Source: Podarcis filfolensis (taxonomy: Eukaryota). From it: a stretch of DNA of 64,000 nt. This document shows, in pieces, positions 1-26,200 of this stretch. Each line of letters opens with the position of its first letter. Position 1 is the stretch's first letter. Made by a program: the position numbers and the translations under genes. A model generated the notes under the pieces. That model saw nothing but the letters and a program-made list of their open reading frames with translations, did no database searches and was not told where the DNA came from. The stretch is from NCBI GenBank assembly GCA_964270895.1, contig OZ185439.1; one strand, given 5' to 3'.

Positions 1-966
1 CTACAGTTGTTATTGTGCACTATTTGCAGAGCTTTTTCACCAAGTGGTTTGTAAATCTTTGTACTATGTGTGTGCTAATACATAAATCATCCATTCTAGA
101 TTTTTCTAGCATATGACATTCCACATGTATGTGTTTGCATGGCTGATTGAGAATGGTATAACAAGCAGTGGCTTGGATAATTATCCTGCACTTTTATAAA
201 ATAATGCCCACAAATAATGACAAAGTGTTCTGTCCTGTGAGTGCACAGAATAATGCAGTAACATGCAATTTCTCAGGCACAAGACAGGCCAATATTTGAT
301 GAGCAGCCAGGTAACAACAGGACCTTTGGCTTTGTAGCTGACTATGCAAGCAGTGCTGAAAGTAGTGTGAGGACTAGTATTTTCCCCTTCTCATGTTCAC
401 ACCAAAGTTGAATAGCAGTAGGAACCTGTCTGCTCAGTAATCCTTCCTCCTTTACTGTAAGAGCAGGAAGCACTGGATATTATGTCCTGGTCAAATTTAT
501 TCCTATTTTTATAGGTAGTTAAAAGAAACAATTCAACCAAACCTAATGATGAGCTGAGAAGATGTGACTATTAAGAGGGCATAAGGGTGTCCCCCCCCAC
601 ACACACTTGAACTGGAAGGAACAAAATACTCCTTCAAAATATTTATATATATGAAAAACAAAGTGGCGTGCATTTTTAATCTTTTCATAGGCAAAGTTGT
701 TTTGTAAGAGAATGTAGTAAGCAACGATATTTAAGTAATCTGGCTGCAGAAAGCACATGGCACTATGTTTATGCTACTGTTGATATATCTTGTACAATTC
801 AGATATTTTGTGAGGGGGTTACAACATTGGAGTGGTTAAAAGGACCAGGTAAACTTCAGTTTTGGGAAAGGTATAATGGGGAAAATAAAATGTTAATAGG
901 TGCAGACTTGTGTTCAGTATTGTAGAATGTTGGAGAAGAGGTGGAATGGCCTACAGATAGAAGATT

Positions 967-986
967 TATATATATATATATATATA
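967..986. repeat. (TA)n microsatellite
   Basis: Seen directly. Confidence 0.9.
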
Positions 987-3045
987 AATATTTCCCGCTT
1001 CCTTTTCTGTCCTTGTTAATGATTATGCATTGTGAATCTTCTTGGTACTTTAAGATTGCAACTGATTTCTTTTAGGTCAACAGTGAGCCTGCAGAGGGTG
1101 CTTAGGGTTTGGGGAATCATTAAAAACACCAGGATGAAAACATCAGAATGGGGGCTAGTTGGTACTAGCTGCCAACAATACAGTTGCAGCTGCCACAAGG
1201 AACAGGGTTGTTTAGGATTTATCAGCTGGCAGATATGTTGTCATAGTAACCCAAAGCAAGGCTTTAAATCTCCCTCAGTGCACAAAAGGGTAAGCCTCTT
1301 AGCATCATCTCTTTCTCACTCATCTTCACACCAAACTTTCCTAGCGATTGGAGACTGCTCAATAATGGTAAACTCAGGTGGCCAGTGCTGACAGGACTGT
1401 AGCCAAAATGGGGCCACTGAGAATCAATTGCTTAGTACAAAAGAAAGAAAGAATAAAACCATGTTGGGGTAATCCACACCCAACCACTCCAAAAAACAGC
1501 CAAAACAGGACGGAGCATGCTCAGTAGCAACAAAATTAAAAACTACAAATTGGAAAAGTAAAAGGAATACTGGTGGGATAGAGAGGCGAGTGAAAAATCT
1601 TGCTTGGAGGGAATGGCTGACTGAAACCCTAAACAGGAACATTTCTTTTAGGGCGGAAGATAGGCTTCAAAATTTTGTTGTATTTGTCCTGGTGTGGAAA
1701 CAGGCAGGTTTGCAACTACTATAGTTGCAGATCGCCAAGAAACACCCTTAGGAATGAGATGGTGTCGCTTCCAGCAAGGCCTGCACTTGCACCTTTATTT
1801 GTCTGCACACTTGCCGTCTTTGCTTAGCCCTACAAGTGGCACACATGGCATTTTCATCCAGATTTTGGTAAGGGCAGTTATTCTTCTATCAAAATACTGG
1901 AGACTATAAACTTGCCCTGTATTAAATAACTATAATAGATTCTTTACTTGCTTGAGGAATGTGTGAATGTATGTGGCATTATATAGGGGAGAAATGTATG
2001 GTCCCTACCTTCTCAGAAGCACATGAAATTAAGAAGAAAGCACATTGTGCAGGAGAGGACAATGGTCCTCAAACTGTGGTCTGCAGGCTTCATTCAGCTG
2101 GTTCATGGAATGATTGTAGACAAGGACAAGGGGTGGGCATTCTCACTCTACAACATCCCTGAGCATGGCAGCCTCAAACCCTCTACTCCCAATCTTCCCA
2201 CTTGAGCATGAAAGTCTGAAAGAAGCTTCTCAGCATGTTCAGCTAAACATTCTTAGAAGCCTCCACACAACTGGGAAACCTGGTAATTCACAACTTCAGA
2301 TTGCAAGAGGGCATTCGGCCAAACATCTGAACTTTGTACTAAGTGTGTGAAGTCTAGGAGTGGAGAGGGCAGGACCAGTGTGTTTTGGGGTGGGGTGGAC
2401 ATTAAGGTAGTGGCACATTCATCCCAGGCCCCCAACACACTTTTTGCCCTTGCATGTTCAGGCTACATATCCAAAGGGGACGACTTGTGATGAAGTGGAG
2501 CTTGTCGAGAGCAGGGAAACTAGGATCCAAGAGGGAAGCTAGACTAGCATTCACTCAGTCAAAATGATATCAGGTAAATGTAAAGTACCCTTTAAAAGGA
2601 ACAAGTTTAAATTTTCAAGATTACGTAATATAAAAATGTGTTGTTTGGCAGTCTGTTGTTATGGCAATACATTTAGTAGGCCAACCAACATATTGCACAA
2701 TAGTGCACAAGCTCTCAAGTTCTCCAGAACTCTTGATTAGACTAGATGGCTTAACAGTCTTCCAAAAAATGACAAAAGGTTGCTGTACTTCTTTTTCATT
2801 TTGGCTGAAGAGCGGTACAAAATTATTTAAGTCAATAAAATTAAGTTTCTCTTCAGCCATGCCCATGTTCTGCATTATCAACTTGTACATTTTGTAAATA
2901 TAAAATAAAACAATCATCAGGTATCATTATGAGGGGATTATAGCTTAGACACACTAGAAAACCTTGTAAATGGTCCAAGCATTCTAATTTTGTTATTTTT
3001 CTGTTGTGAACTGCCCTCAGCTCTTCATATGAAGGGCGGTATACA

Positions 3046-3090
<45 letters not shown>

Positions 3091-3094
3091 TATT
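3046..3094. repeat. (ATT)n microsatellite
   Basis: About 16 perfect units. Confidence 0.95.
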
Positions 3095-3499
3095 CAAGTG
3101 GTGGTGAGGGCTGTGGGGAAGTATAAATCTCCCAAGCATAGGCATTATCTGGGCGTACCCATATCTCCAGCATGGACCATCCTCCAAGTAGCAGAATGTG
3201 ACGAACACTATTTCAGGGAGCAATCGTTTCTGTTAGAGCTCAGTCTGAATCCCCTTGGCTTTGGTCTTATTCATAAAACTCCTCATATACATTCAGAGGT
3301 ATCTTGTTCTTCCTCTTCAGAGGAAGAGGCCCCAGATTTCTCCCCCCACCCCCGCGTTTTCAGGAAACTAATTTTGAAAAGTACAGTTCTTGTGTTGCTT
3401 TCATACTGTTAAACCTTTGTCTTATAGTGTGGTCTGTTGACTAGATACAAATAAATGAATCTAAATCTCAGCTACTCACTATGTTGTTGGTATTTTACC

Positions 3500-3850
3500 C
3501 AGAGGCAACTATACATGTAATTCAGCATGTGCCAATTTGTGTGATGGACAATGCAATGCTCCTGCTCTCAGGTGCCAGTATTTCAAGATATATTGTTGTG
3601 CCTTATGCAGGGAATATAGCAGATTCACTGTATTCTTTTTGGAGCCTGCTAAAAACATTCCTGTTTAGACAACCCTACCCAGTTCCTTAGAAATAATTTT
3701 ATTAGAAGTAATTTTGATATGTTTTAGTATTTTAACTTGTGCATGTTTAAAGTAGGTCTGTAATTCTTCTGCTTTATATTTTGTAAACCACTTTGAAGGT
3801 TGTTGTTTACAATCAAGCTATGTATAACTTTTATGAAATCCTAATAATAA
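3500..3850 (+). mobile_element. L2-like LINE 3' fragment
   Basis: gcctgctaaaaacattcctgtttagacaaccctaccc ... gtaaaccactttgaaggttg..caatcaagctatgtata..taataataa; a similar short tail at ~2995-3045 precedes the (ATT)n. Confidence 0.55.
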
Positions 3851-4911
3851 TATCCAGGGAGGCAGGGACTGTCCAGTAATACAGCCTTCTTTAGGCTAAT
3901 CTTCTGAACATGATAAATGAATATGACTGGCTGTCAAATACGACTAACTCCTGAAATAATACTTGGTTAATAACTCTGTGTGTAAAATTATTGTGAGGGT
4001 ACTTAAAGCTGCCAAAATGTGCATAGCAACCAACTGGAAGAAGGCAATTGCTCCATCAGCTTATTTGTTTCATTTCATTTCATTTCAATCCCACATTTCT
4101 ACCAAAAAAGGCTCCCAGAGTGACTTATGAATCTCAGTAATAACCACATTAAAAACACATTACGTAAGGGAAAGTGTTGGGGAAGAATGTGATAAAAAGC
4201 ATACTGTGGCACTGTTTCTTAGCTACAGAAAATATATTTGATGCATATATGACCACAATCCAAATTTTACAATGTTAACCACTTCTAAATTGTATGGAAT
4301 TTTTTGACAATTGACAATCACAATTAAAATAGCGATTAATAGGCAACAGGTGTATATCTCTATTGAAAGATGGGACTTTTATTTGCAGGATAAAGCCATA
4401 AAGAAGGCATAGATTATATGCTTTGGTAGTTAAATTGGCCGCTGCTTTATTTTTGACTTTGCAGAAGATTAAAGGTAGACAATCATGAGTTACTATGTAA
4501 ATAACAATAGCAGGTTAATCATCACATTCAACTCTGGTTCCCTGGACAACATTTTAAAAACTGAGGCGGAAGCCTATGGTCCTGCTGGCCAACCTAAACA
4601 TTTTGTGGATGAGTTGATCTAGCGTAGGGTTTGCCATATCTGAAGAAAGCTATGCACTATCTTCTCCTCAAAAACAGAGAACCCGAGAGCAAGGCCAGGG
4701 ACAGGGCTGGTGTGTGGTGCTGTGCTCTCCTGAACACGCTTGCCAAAGACAAGGGTCAGCCTTTAAGAAGCCAATGTTTGGAAGGCTGCTTGTGCATTGC
4801 TGCCAGCATGTAGGCTTTGTATGGAAGTGCCCTTCTTGTTGAAAAATCTGATTAAGAATCTGTTTTGAAGTTTGTCCCCTTCTCTCCCCCCCCCCTTTTC
4901 TTATTTTTCAG

Positions 4912-18729
<13,818 letters not shown>

Positions 18730-20120
18730 AGTCAAGGGTGCTGGCATCAGTGCTGCCCAACATCTGGATGTGGGAGCCACTGGGGAAAAACACACTGCTG
18801 CCATCTCTTCTCTATGAAAGGAAACTGGAGGCAGGAGCAGGAAGTGTGCTAGCCTGATTATAGACCATGCACTTTCACCTATTAATGGTTTGTTACATTG
18901 GAGAGATACCCAGAGAACAAAATGGCACAAGCCACTGTGCGGTCATGGCCCTCTATCTAAAAAATTTAGGGTGGCTGACACAGGAATGCTTCTGTGCTAT
19001 AATTCCCCCGTGCCAGAAAGCCCAGAGTAGACTCCACAGAAAAACAAAAGCATGCAACTGTGTAGGCTACTGGGACATTCCCTATTTATATCCAAAACAC
19101 TCAGGATGCTAGCAAGTGAATGTCTTAATATTGTACCCTTATGTGGTTGTAGGGTGATGTTGCTAATAATGGACAGCAAGTTTCATTTATCTGACTGCAG
19201 CCTTAGTTATTTCATTAACCCTATTCTAGCGGAAAGGGAAGGAGGGCAGGGAAAAGGTCAGCAAGGCAGCAGAAACTTGCGTTAAGTTCTCATGGGAGAG
19301 AGATTACTATTTCCCCCCTTGTGTCATGTAAAAAGGGGGGGGGAATACAATGGTGCCACATTCATTCATGAACTATAAAGAAACAGTGTTCACTTGTAAC
19401 TAATCAGAACAGTCTTAACTTTCAGCTGGGGTGGAAAGGGGATTCAGCAATCTCAAATAGGCTATTCGTTTTCATCTTAACAAGGCTGAATGAGATCGAC
19501 TACAAATCTGTGTTGTCAGTTCAAATCACTCATTTTGCCTCAACTTCTGCAGGTCGTGGGTCTCCAGCCAACTCTTTAATCTCAGCATTTCCTCATTACA
19601 ACCACTATGTGAGTGGCAAGCTACAGTACTCCTGCCCATCCCTCCTAACATGCCTTATGTAGAGTGGTCCAGCAGCTGCTCACAACAAGTGCCAGGCTCA
19701 CTGAGGGATATATATAGCAGCTGATTGGGGCAGGAAGAGCCCTCGGGTAACTCAGTGTGCCCACTCCAAGAGGGGGAACGTGATTTCAGCCAAGCTTATA
19801 CATGGAGCCTTAGTTATTGTGTATTTTTAATTGTCAGTTTTCCATTGTTTGTAAATATATAATATGGATTATATAATATTTCATCCAATGTGTCACCATG
19901 CAGAGGGGAATGTTGTGCTATCAAAAATGGAACCAACAAACCTAAAAACCCTGTGGCTGAAGAGAGAAGCAAGTGCTGTGCTTCCTGCACTGGATTCATG
20001 TATGTCATTCACATTGAATGATAAGGATAAATTCTTGGCTCTTGCAGCTGAGCACAATGTCTAAATAAAGGTTAGACGTAGCATTTGGAGTCAATAAATG
20101 TACTTACTTTATTTCTCTGT
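18730..20120 (+). other. NDST2: NDST2 3' UTR (putative)
   Basis: Runs from the stop codon to AATAAA at 20064 and 20093, followed by a U/GU-rich tract; contains TGTAAATA (Pumilio-type element) at 19850-19857. The end point is inferred. Confidence 0.6.
20064..20113. terminator. Polyadenylation signals: + strand AATAAA at 20064-20069 and 20093-20098; - strand AATAAA at 20108-20113
   Basis: ctAAATAAAg ... tcAATAAAtgtacttacTTTATTtctctgtg, lying between the two convergent stop codons. Confidence 0.6.
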
Positions 20121-23047
20121 GACTAGTGTTCGGTTGTACCACACCTCCACAACAGCCAGCTATGAACGTACAAGGAAACAAAGCAGCTGCTTCAACACTG
20201 CATGGCAGAGATCGCCCTGGACCCCACGATGGCTAAAAGGGGCCCATGGCTATTTTACCTCTCTTGTGCATGTGCCAAAAAAACATACTGGGCTTTTCAC
20301 ACAATAGGTGGCCAGATAACCTGCCCTGCACCCCCTGCTACTTCAACTAGCTTCTGCAAATGAATAAAAGCGGAACTCACCAACAACATTTCCCTCCTCT
20401 TAGAATGGCAATGGCGCCCACGTGAGAGGTTCTGGCTGAAAAAAAAGCCCTGATTAAAGCCACCACCTGTGGCAGTTAGATATCACTTCTCTCAAGACAG
20501 CTAATTAGGATTGTAAGGATTTGAACACACCAAGTTCAGATAACGAGTTTCCTCAGGAAGCAGTCGTTTACAATGGCAAGATGTTGATACCGACATCAAG
20601 TTATATCTCCAATGTTTATATCTATTAATTGAGAGCATATGCTAGCTGCCGATAACATACACATATACTCATTTGTAACTGGAAAAAAGTTAAACTGCAA
20701 AAACCGAGAAGTATTGCTGCACTTGTACTTAGAGCACTACCACTGAGAAAGGCTGCACAATTCCAAAAAGGGTCCAGTCTATAATCACAAAGAAACACAA
20801 CATTTCATAGGAGGAAGCAAAATAAAGGACTTAATAGACAGTAGGGGCCGCAAAAAAACAGTTGAGACTATGACATATTAATGATCCACCATGAATAATG
20901 TGCTCAAACAAAAGAAGAAAAGCTGAAATCTTTTATGCATGCCCTTGCCTTACCTGCCCCATATTTAGCTTTTATAATAATCACAGGCACAAAAACACTT
21001 AGACAGGTGGGTGCGTATTAAAACCGGGCTGGGCACATGCTATGGAAAGTGATAGATGCAACTACTGTCAAACCACTCACAGTAACCAACTTAAATTGAA
21101 ACATGCCAAGAAAGTCTGACATTTCATCTTGAGAGAGAAAACTTTGAAAAATTAAGAGGATTAATGGAAAAGGCTGAAAGGGAGACGAAAGAGCCACACT
21201 GGCAGGAATCTGCCTAAAAGCACATAACAGGACTGCAAACAGAATTCACAGCACAGGTGTCGAAAAATACAAACCCATTCAATGGGCCGGTTAACAAACA
21301 AAGGCCAAGGAAACTATAAAAAGGCAAGACAGCTTCCAAGGGTAGAAGTCTTGTTTACTGGAAGCACAAACTCTGCCAAAACAAATATTTGAAAAAATCT
21401 TTAGCAGATACCAACACCAGGATCTTAGAGGACAGAAACCCAGAGCAGAACCATCATTTTTTTTTGGGGGGGGGGGGTGGGGGTGGAAAGCACAATGCCA
21501 GATACAAGTGACAAAAACCTAGGGCTTCTTGATAAACCATAAGTCAGTGGATCCAGCTAGCATACACAGTATCTCCTAGAAGTGTTGCTGTTACAAAAAT
21601 ACAATTATTTCTCATAACCTATCAGTAAAAACAGCCTCCTTTATAGTGTAAGACTAGGAAGTATGCAACGCCACACCAGGGGTTTTTTTTTGGGGGGGGG
21701 GGAGAATAATACTATCTTCTCCTTGCCTTAAGGGCCAGTAGCTGAACTTCTTTACTTGAAAAATTAGTAGATAACAGTATCAAAGCTACTAATAGTGAAA
21801 GGAAGAATCAGAACTACCAGAGAGGGAAGCTGTCAGTAAACAACCTAGAATTTTGTGAGCATGCCTGTGTTAGAAATGCCCCCAAACAACTTAACAAGGT
21901 AAATTGCAAAGAGGTAAAGAACAATCAAAACAGGAAAGGAAAGGACAATGTCAGGAATAATCCATCTGTGTTTAGGAGCAAGAAAGCCCAAACCCCCTTC
22001 TTCACATTCTAACCTGCCTCGGATGACCTGCCTTTTTCTAACCAGGTTAGCTCATTGCCTAGTACTGTGTGTTAGCATGGTGAGCAGAATCGCAATGAAA
22101 TTCTGGTGTACGTCAAAGACCATTCGTGTTACAAGGTAACAACCTCCTGCTGCAGGCAGTCTTAAAGTTCCGTGTTTTATCGCATCCTCAGCATGATTAA
22201 CAGAAGGATGGAGAAGAGAATCAGTCTAAGAAAATGAGTGTTTTAATCAGGAAACTGAAACAAGGAATAAGAAATTGATTACAGGAGAGCTAACATCCCA
22301 GCCAAAGTAACATGACTGTACAACTCAGAACCACCATGGTTGGAACATCCTACAAAGCCTGATGACAGAAACTCTTTGGGGCCACAGTCCAAGCAGCAAA
22401 GAGACTGCAGTAGCCAGCTCAACACTGTTCTGGGGCCTTTTGCCCATCCAAACATGTAGGCAGTGCTGGCTGACGGAGCTCTTTCCACTTCAACCTGAGC
22501 TCCTCTGGGTAGCTGCTGCAGGCGGAATGGTGACGGAGGAGCCCAGGATGCGCAAAAAGAAAACTCTTCTGGCCCTATGATGAATGAAATTTTTAGAACC
22601 TTATAGAAAGTAGTATACATATTTATAAATGCTAAAATAAATATTATAAAGGACAGGCTCCACCCTACGCCCTTAACATGCAGGCACACACGCACACACA
22701 CACACCCTCATTTAGAAAACTGCACAGGAAGGGGGCTGAAAGCACTGGCCAAGTATCAGCCAGCCGGACAACTCTCCCTCTCCCCCCCCAACCCCCGCAA
22801 CTCTCACACAGAAAACACTCTCATACACACCCACGTACTTCCTTGCACTTGCAAAACTACTTTCTTGACTCCACCTGCTGGGGAGAAGAAAACAAGGGAA
22901 GTGGAGCACAGTCACAGTTGCACAAAGAGGAATGCCTTGGTATAAATACATCAAATCAGTGGTTTCCAACAGCTAAAAAAAAAAAAGATCCGGTATGGAA
23001 GGGTGCCACGAACAGAACTCTAGCTAAAAGAAGCCACCCCCAAGCCG
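20085..23047 (-). other. ZSWIM8: ZSWIM8 3' UTR (putative, up to about 3 kb)
   Basis: U-rich on the - strand, no recognisable interspersed repeat; proximal ATTAAA at 22242-22247 and distal AATAAA at 20108-20113. The end point is inferred. Confidence 0.5.
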
Positions 23048-23251
23048 TCATGGTGAAAAGGTGGTCATTTCCAAAGAGACCCTTTGCCACAAATCCTTAG
23101 TCTGCTTGCTGCGCTTCAGGTTCTGAAGGATGTCATTGAATTGCATCATGCCCATAGGGGTCAGGCAGAAGGCGCTTCTGGCGCTGCGAATGGCATTCAC
23201 AAAGTCATCGTAGTCTGCCGGAGTGAGGTGGATCAGCCGGTGGTGGATGTA
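23048..23251 (-). CDS. ZSWIM8: ZSWIM8 last coding exon YIHHRLIHLTPADYDD...SLEMTTFSP*
   Basis: cccctaaag|TAC; TGA at 23050-23048. Confidence 0.95.
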   Translation of the reverse strand, partial: YIHHRLIHLTPADYDDFVNAIRSARSAFCLTPMGMMQFNDILQNLKRSKQTKDLWQRVSLEMTTFSP

Positions 23252-26200
23252 CTTTAGGGGACACAAGGGGGAAATGATGTTCAGATACAGCCTCCAAGGT
23301 AATAATGCATTTTCCATGTTCTACCTGATCACACTCTTCCCCTTTTGCTGCTGTGGTGGCAGAAATGGCTTACATAATAGGTAGGTTGTGGAGGAAGGGA
23401 CAGGCTGGCCCAAGATCCCTCAACAACGTTGACTCAAGAGTCAAGGTTCAGCTTTTAAGCTCTGCCCTACACTGGCTCTTATTCTCCCAAAGGAGGGATG
23501 GCAAGCAGACTTTGAGGCCCAGGATCAACACAACAAAACAAAAGGCCATCTAGACAGTCAAGCAATACTGTAATAAGGACTTAATTCTCAGTTTTCTCAA
23601 CACATACACTAAATGAGAGATGAAGAATCTCATTCTGCCAGCCTTTAAGGGGCATTAGGAGGTTATTCACCTACTATTAACCTACAAGTGCTTTGACTTA
23701 ACAGCCTTCACGTTATCCAGGCAGGTATTTAACTGATGGTGTGGCTATGCTTTCTGGAGCTGCAAGGAGCACCTAGGTGAAGCAAGCTTGACCCAATGGA
23801 AAGGAAGGGGCATACATACCTGTATGTATGCCTGCTGGCACCTCTGTACCAACTGGTGGAAGGCTGGTGTGCGCAGGTGATTGTGGACATGGGCAGGATT
23901 GAGCCTCTGCAGGGATTCCATGATGATCTCTTGCAACACAAAAGGGCTCAGAACCCCCTTGGCTGCACCAAGACAGAATTGATGCACATAGTTGACACCT
24001 GCAGAAAAACAAAGGTGGATGCAGTTGAGTAGGAAGAACAGGCAAGGCATACTGAAAAACCAAGAGGACAACTACTTCTCCTCCTTAGCAAGGGGCAGAG
24101 CACAGCATCTACAAATCAGCTGCAATGAGCCAGAGCACACATCAGGCAGGGGAGAATCTGCCAACCTTGCTTACTCTTCACTTACCAGCAATTAAAACTG
24201 TATTGAGGAATCTAGCTAATACAAGAGTAATCCACAAACACTGCTTTTCTTTTTATAGAACTTAGCAAATTTCTAAATTACACTTGGACTAATGCATGGG
24301 CCTTATCCACACGCCCAAAGGTGTGGGTTTTTTTTTTTTGTTTCCCCACCCCTATGTATTTTTATGTTCTGCTGCTCCTCCAGGTCTCTCACTCTGATAT
24401 CATGATGCCAAGAGTTGTTTTGTTTTCTTAAAAAAACACCCCAGTCCGGCAATTTTTCTGTTTTTAAAATAGAATTATTTGTAGTTCCTGAAGTTACCTG
24501 CTGTGATGCCGGAATGTTTTTATGGCCCATCAAATATCCCCCCTTTTTTTTAAAAAGAGGGGGGTTACTTGTAGCCACTTTTATGGGGGTCCCAGACCAT
24601 AGGCCACACCTACTATGGTATGGGACCCCCATACAGCTGACCACGGGTCAATGCAGTCCTTGGCCCAAAAAAGGTTAGCCATCCCTGCAGTGCCTAAAAA
24701 ACCCCTTTAAGCTGCTCAGTTTTGGTGTCATTTACATCTCCATGCGATAGTCTTCTGTTATGGATCAGAAGCGACAATATTTACTGTGGTCTCTCTTTGC
24801 AAATTAATTTTATTTTCCACATTTTATCCAGTTCTAGAATCAATGCCACTGCTACAGTATGGGCAATCAGATGAAGATACACAAAAAGCAGAAGAGCTTG
24901 GCGGAAAATGTTGCCTTGGGACTAAGTGAACCTTTACTCACAGAAAAACAAGTGTTTTTCTGCCTTGGGCCTTACCTAATTTGGCAGCTAATCCCAGGAG
25001 CCATTTCACATCTTCTGTATAGGGTGGGCTGCGTGAGAAGTTGTTGGGGTGGTCATTGTGAGCTCTGCGGCCAAGCATCTCCAGTGCCAACATTCCTGCA
25101 GGGAAGTGCAAATTCAAAATTTCAGACAACCAAGTTAAGCCCCACAAAACTTAAGAGGAGAAGTGCCCACCCATTCGCAACCATTTCACAGAAATGACCT
25201 AGGAGATGGCAATTATGCCAAATGGTGTCTCTGCTTATCTTTGCAAGGTGGTAAAAAGGTTGACAACATTTGTAATCCCTGTGGATTTGGGAGAAGACGC
25301 TTGCAGAACGATCTGGAGGTGAGAAGCAGCGAGTGGGGGGAAGCATAAATATACATCTTCCTCTGCTCTTTCAAAAGCAGCTTTAAAAAAAACAAATAGA
25401 AAGCCAGCAGGACTTTTTTTTTTCATTTTTTGTTTTGTTTAAACACAGACATAAACATTCACCATTCAGTTATGCCCTCAGTTCCTATGCAAAACAACAC
25501 TCTCTGAACAGGTCTGTGTTAGGCTTCCCCCTCTGCTCCTGTACTCTTTCATATTTGTGACAACAGCCAAAACAGGGAGACAATATTTCCAAGGGGACTC
25601 CAGTGACACAAACCCCTCCTCTACATCATTCTGCCATAGAATGGATAAGGACACCAACCACAATATGGAGAGCAACTCAGGACAGTCTGGATTCTCCATA
25701 TATAAGGAGTTTTGAAAATGCCCAGGTTCCCACTGGCAATCAATTTCAATACGGCCAACTGGGAATCCAACTGCAAGTAAATACAAACCTAGGCCAGAGT
25801 AGTATAGGGATACACTGTGACCAGGGAAAGCCAGAACATTTCAGGCTGACCCCAAATTCTGGACATCTTACAAGCACACCTACCTGGGGGATACTTCCTA
25901 GACTAGTACATTTTACCACAGTGTTAAATGGTAAAGGATAACAACTTGCTCCATCCCAGATATGCCCATCTTATGCCCCAAGGATTTGGATGTCAGCCCA
26001 AAGCCAGGACTGGAAGGCATGCCTTCACCTTCCCTTCAAAGCAAAGGGCAGAGAGCAACAAGCTCTACCCCAGCTGGACTCCCTTTCAAACTCCACTTTA
26101 GGAGATTATGTGCTAGAGATAGAAAGCAAACTGTGCAGTGCTTGTGAGCCTTGACAAGCGGAGGCTTTGAACAGCATTGAGGGAACACATGACGGATCTT

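Noticed and set aside
21460-21485. Poly-G runs as functional G-quadruplexes (also 21690, 53823)
   Set aside because: Homopolymer G/C runs are common throughout this window and nothing singles these out
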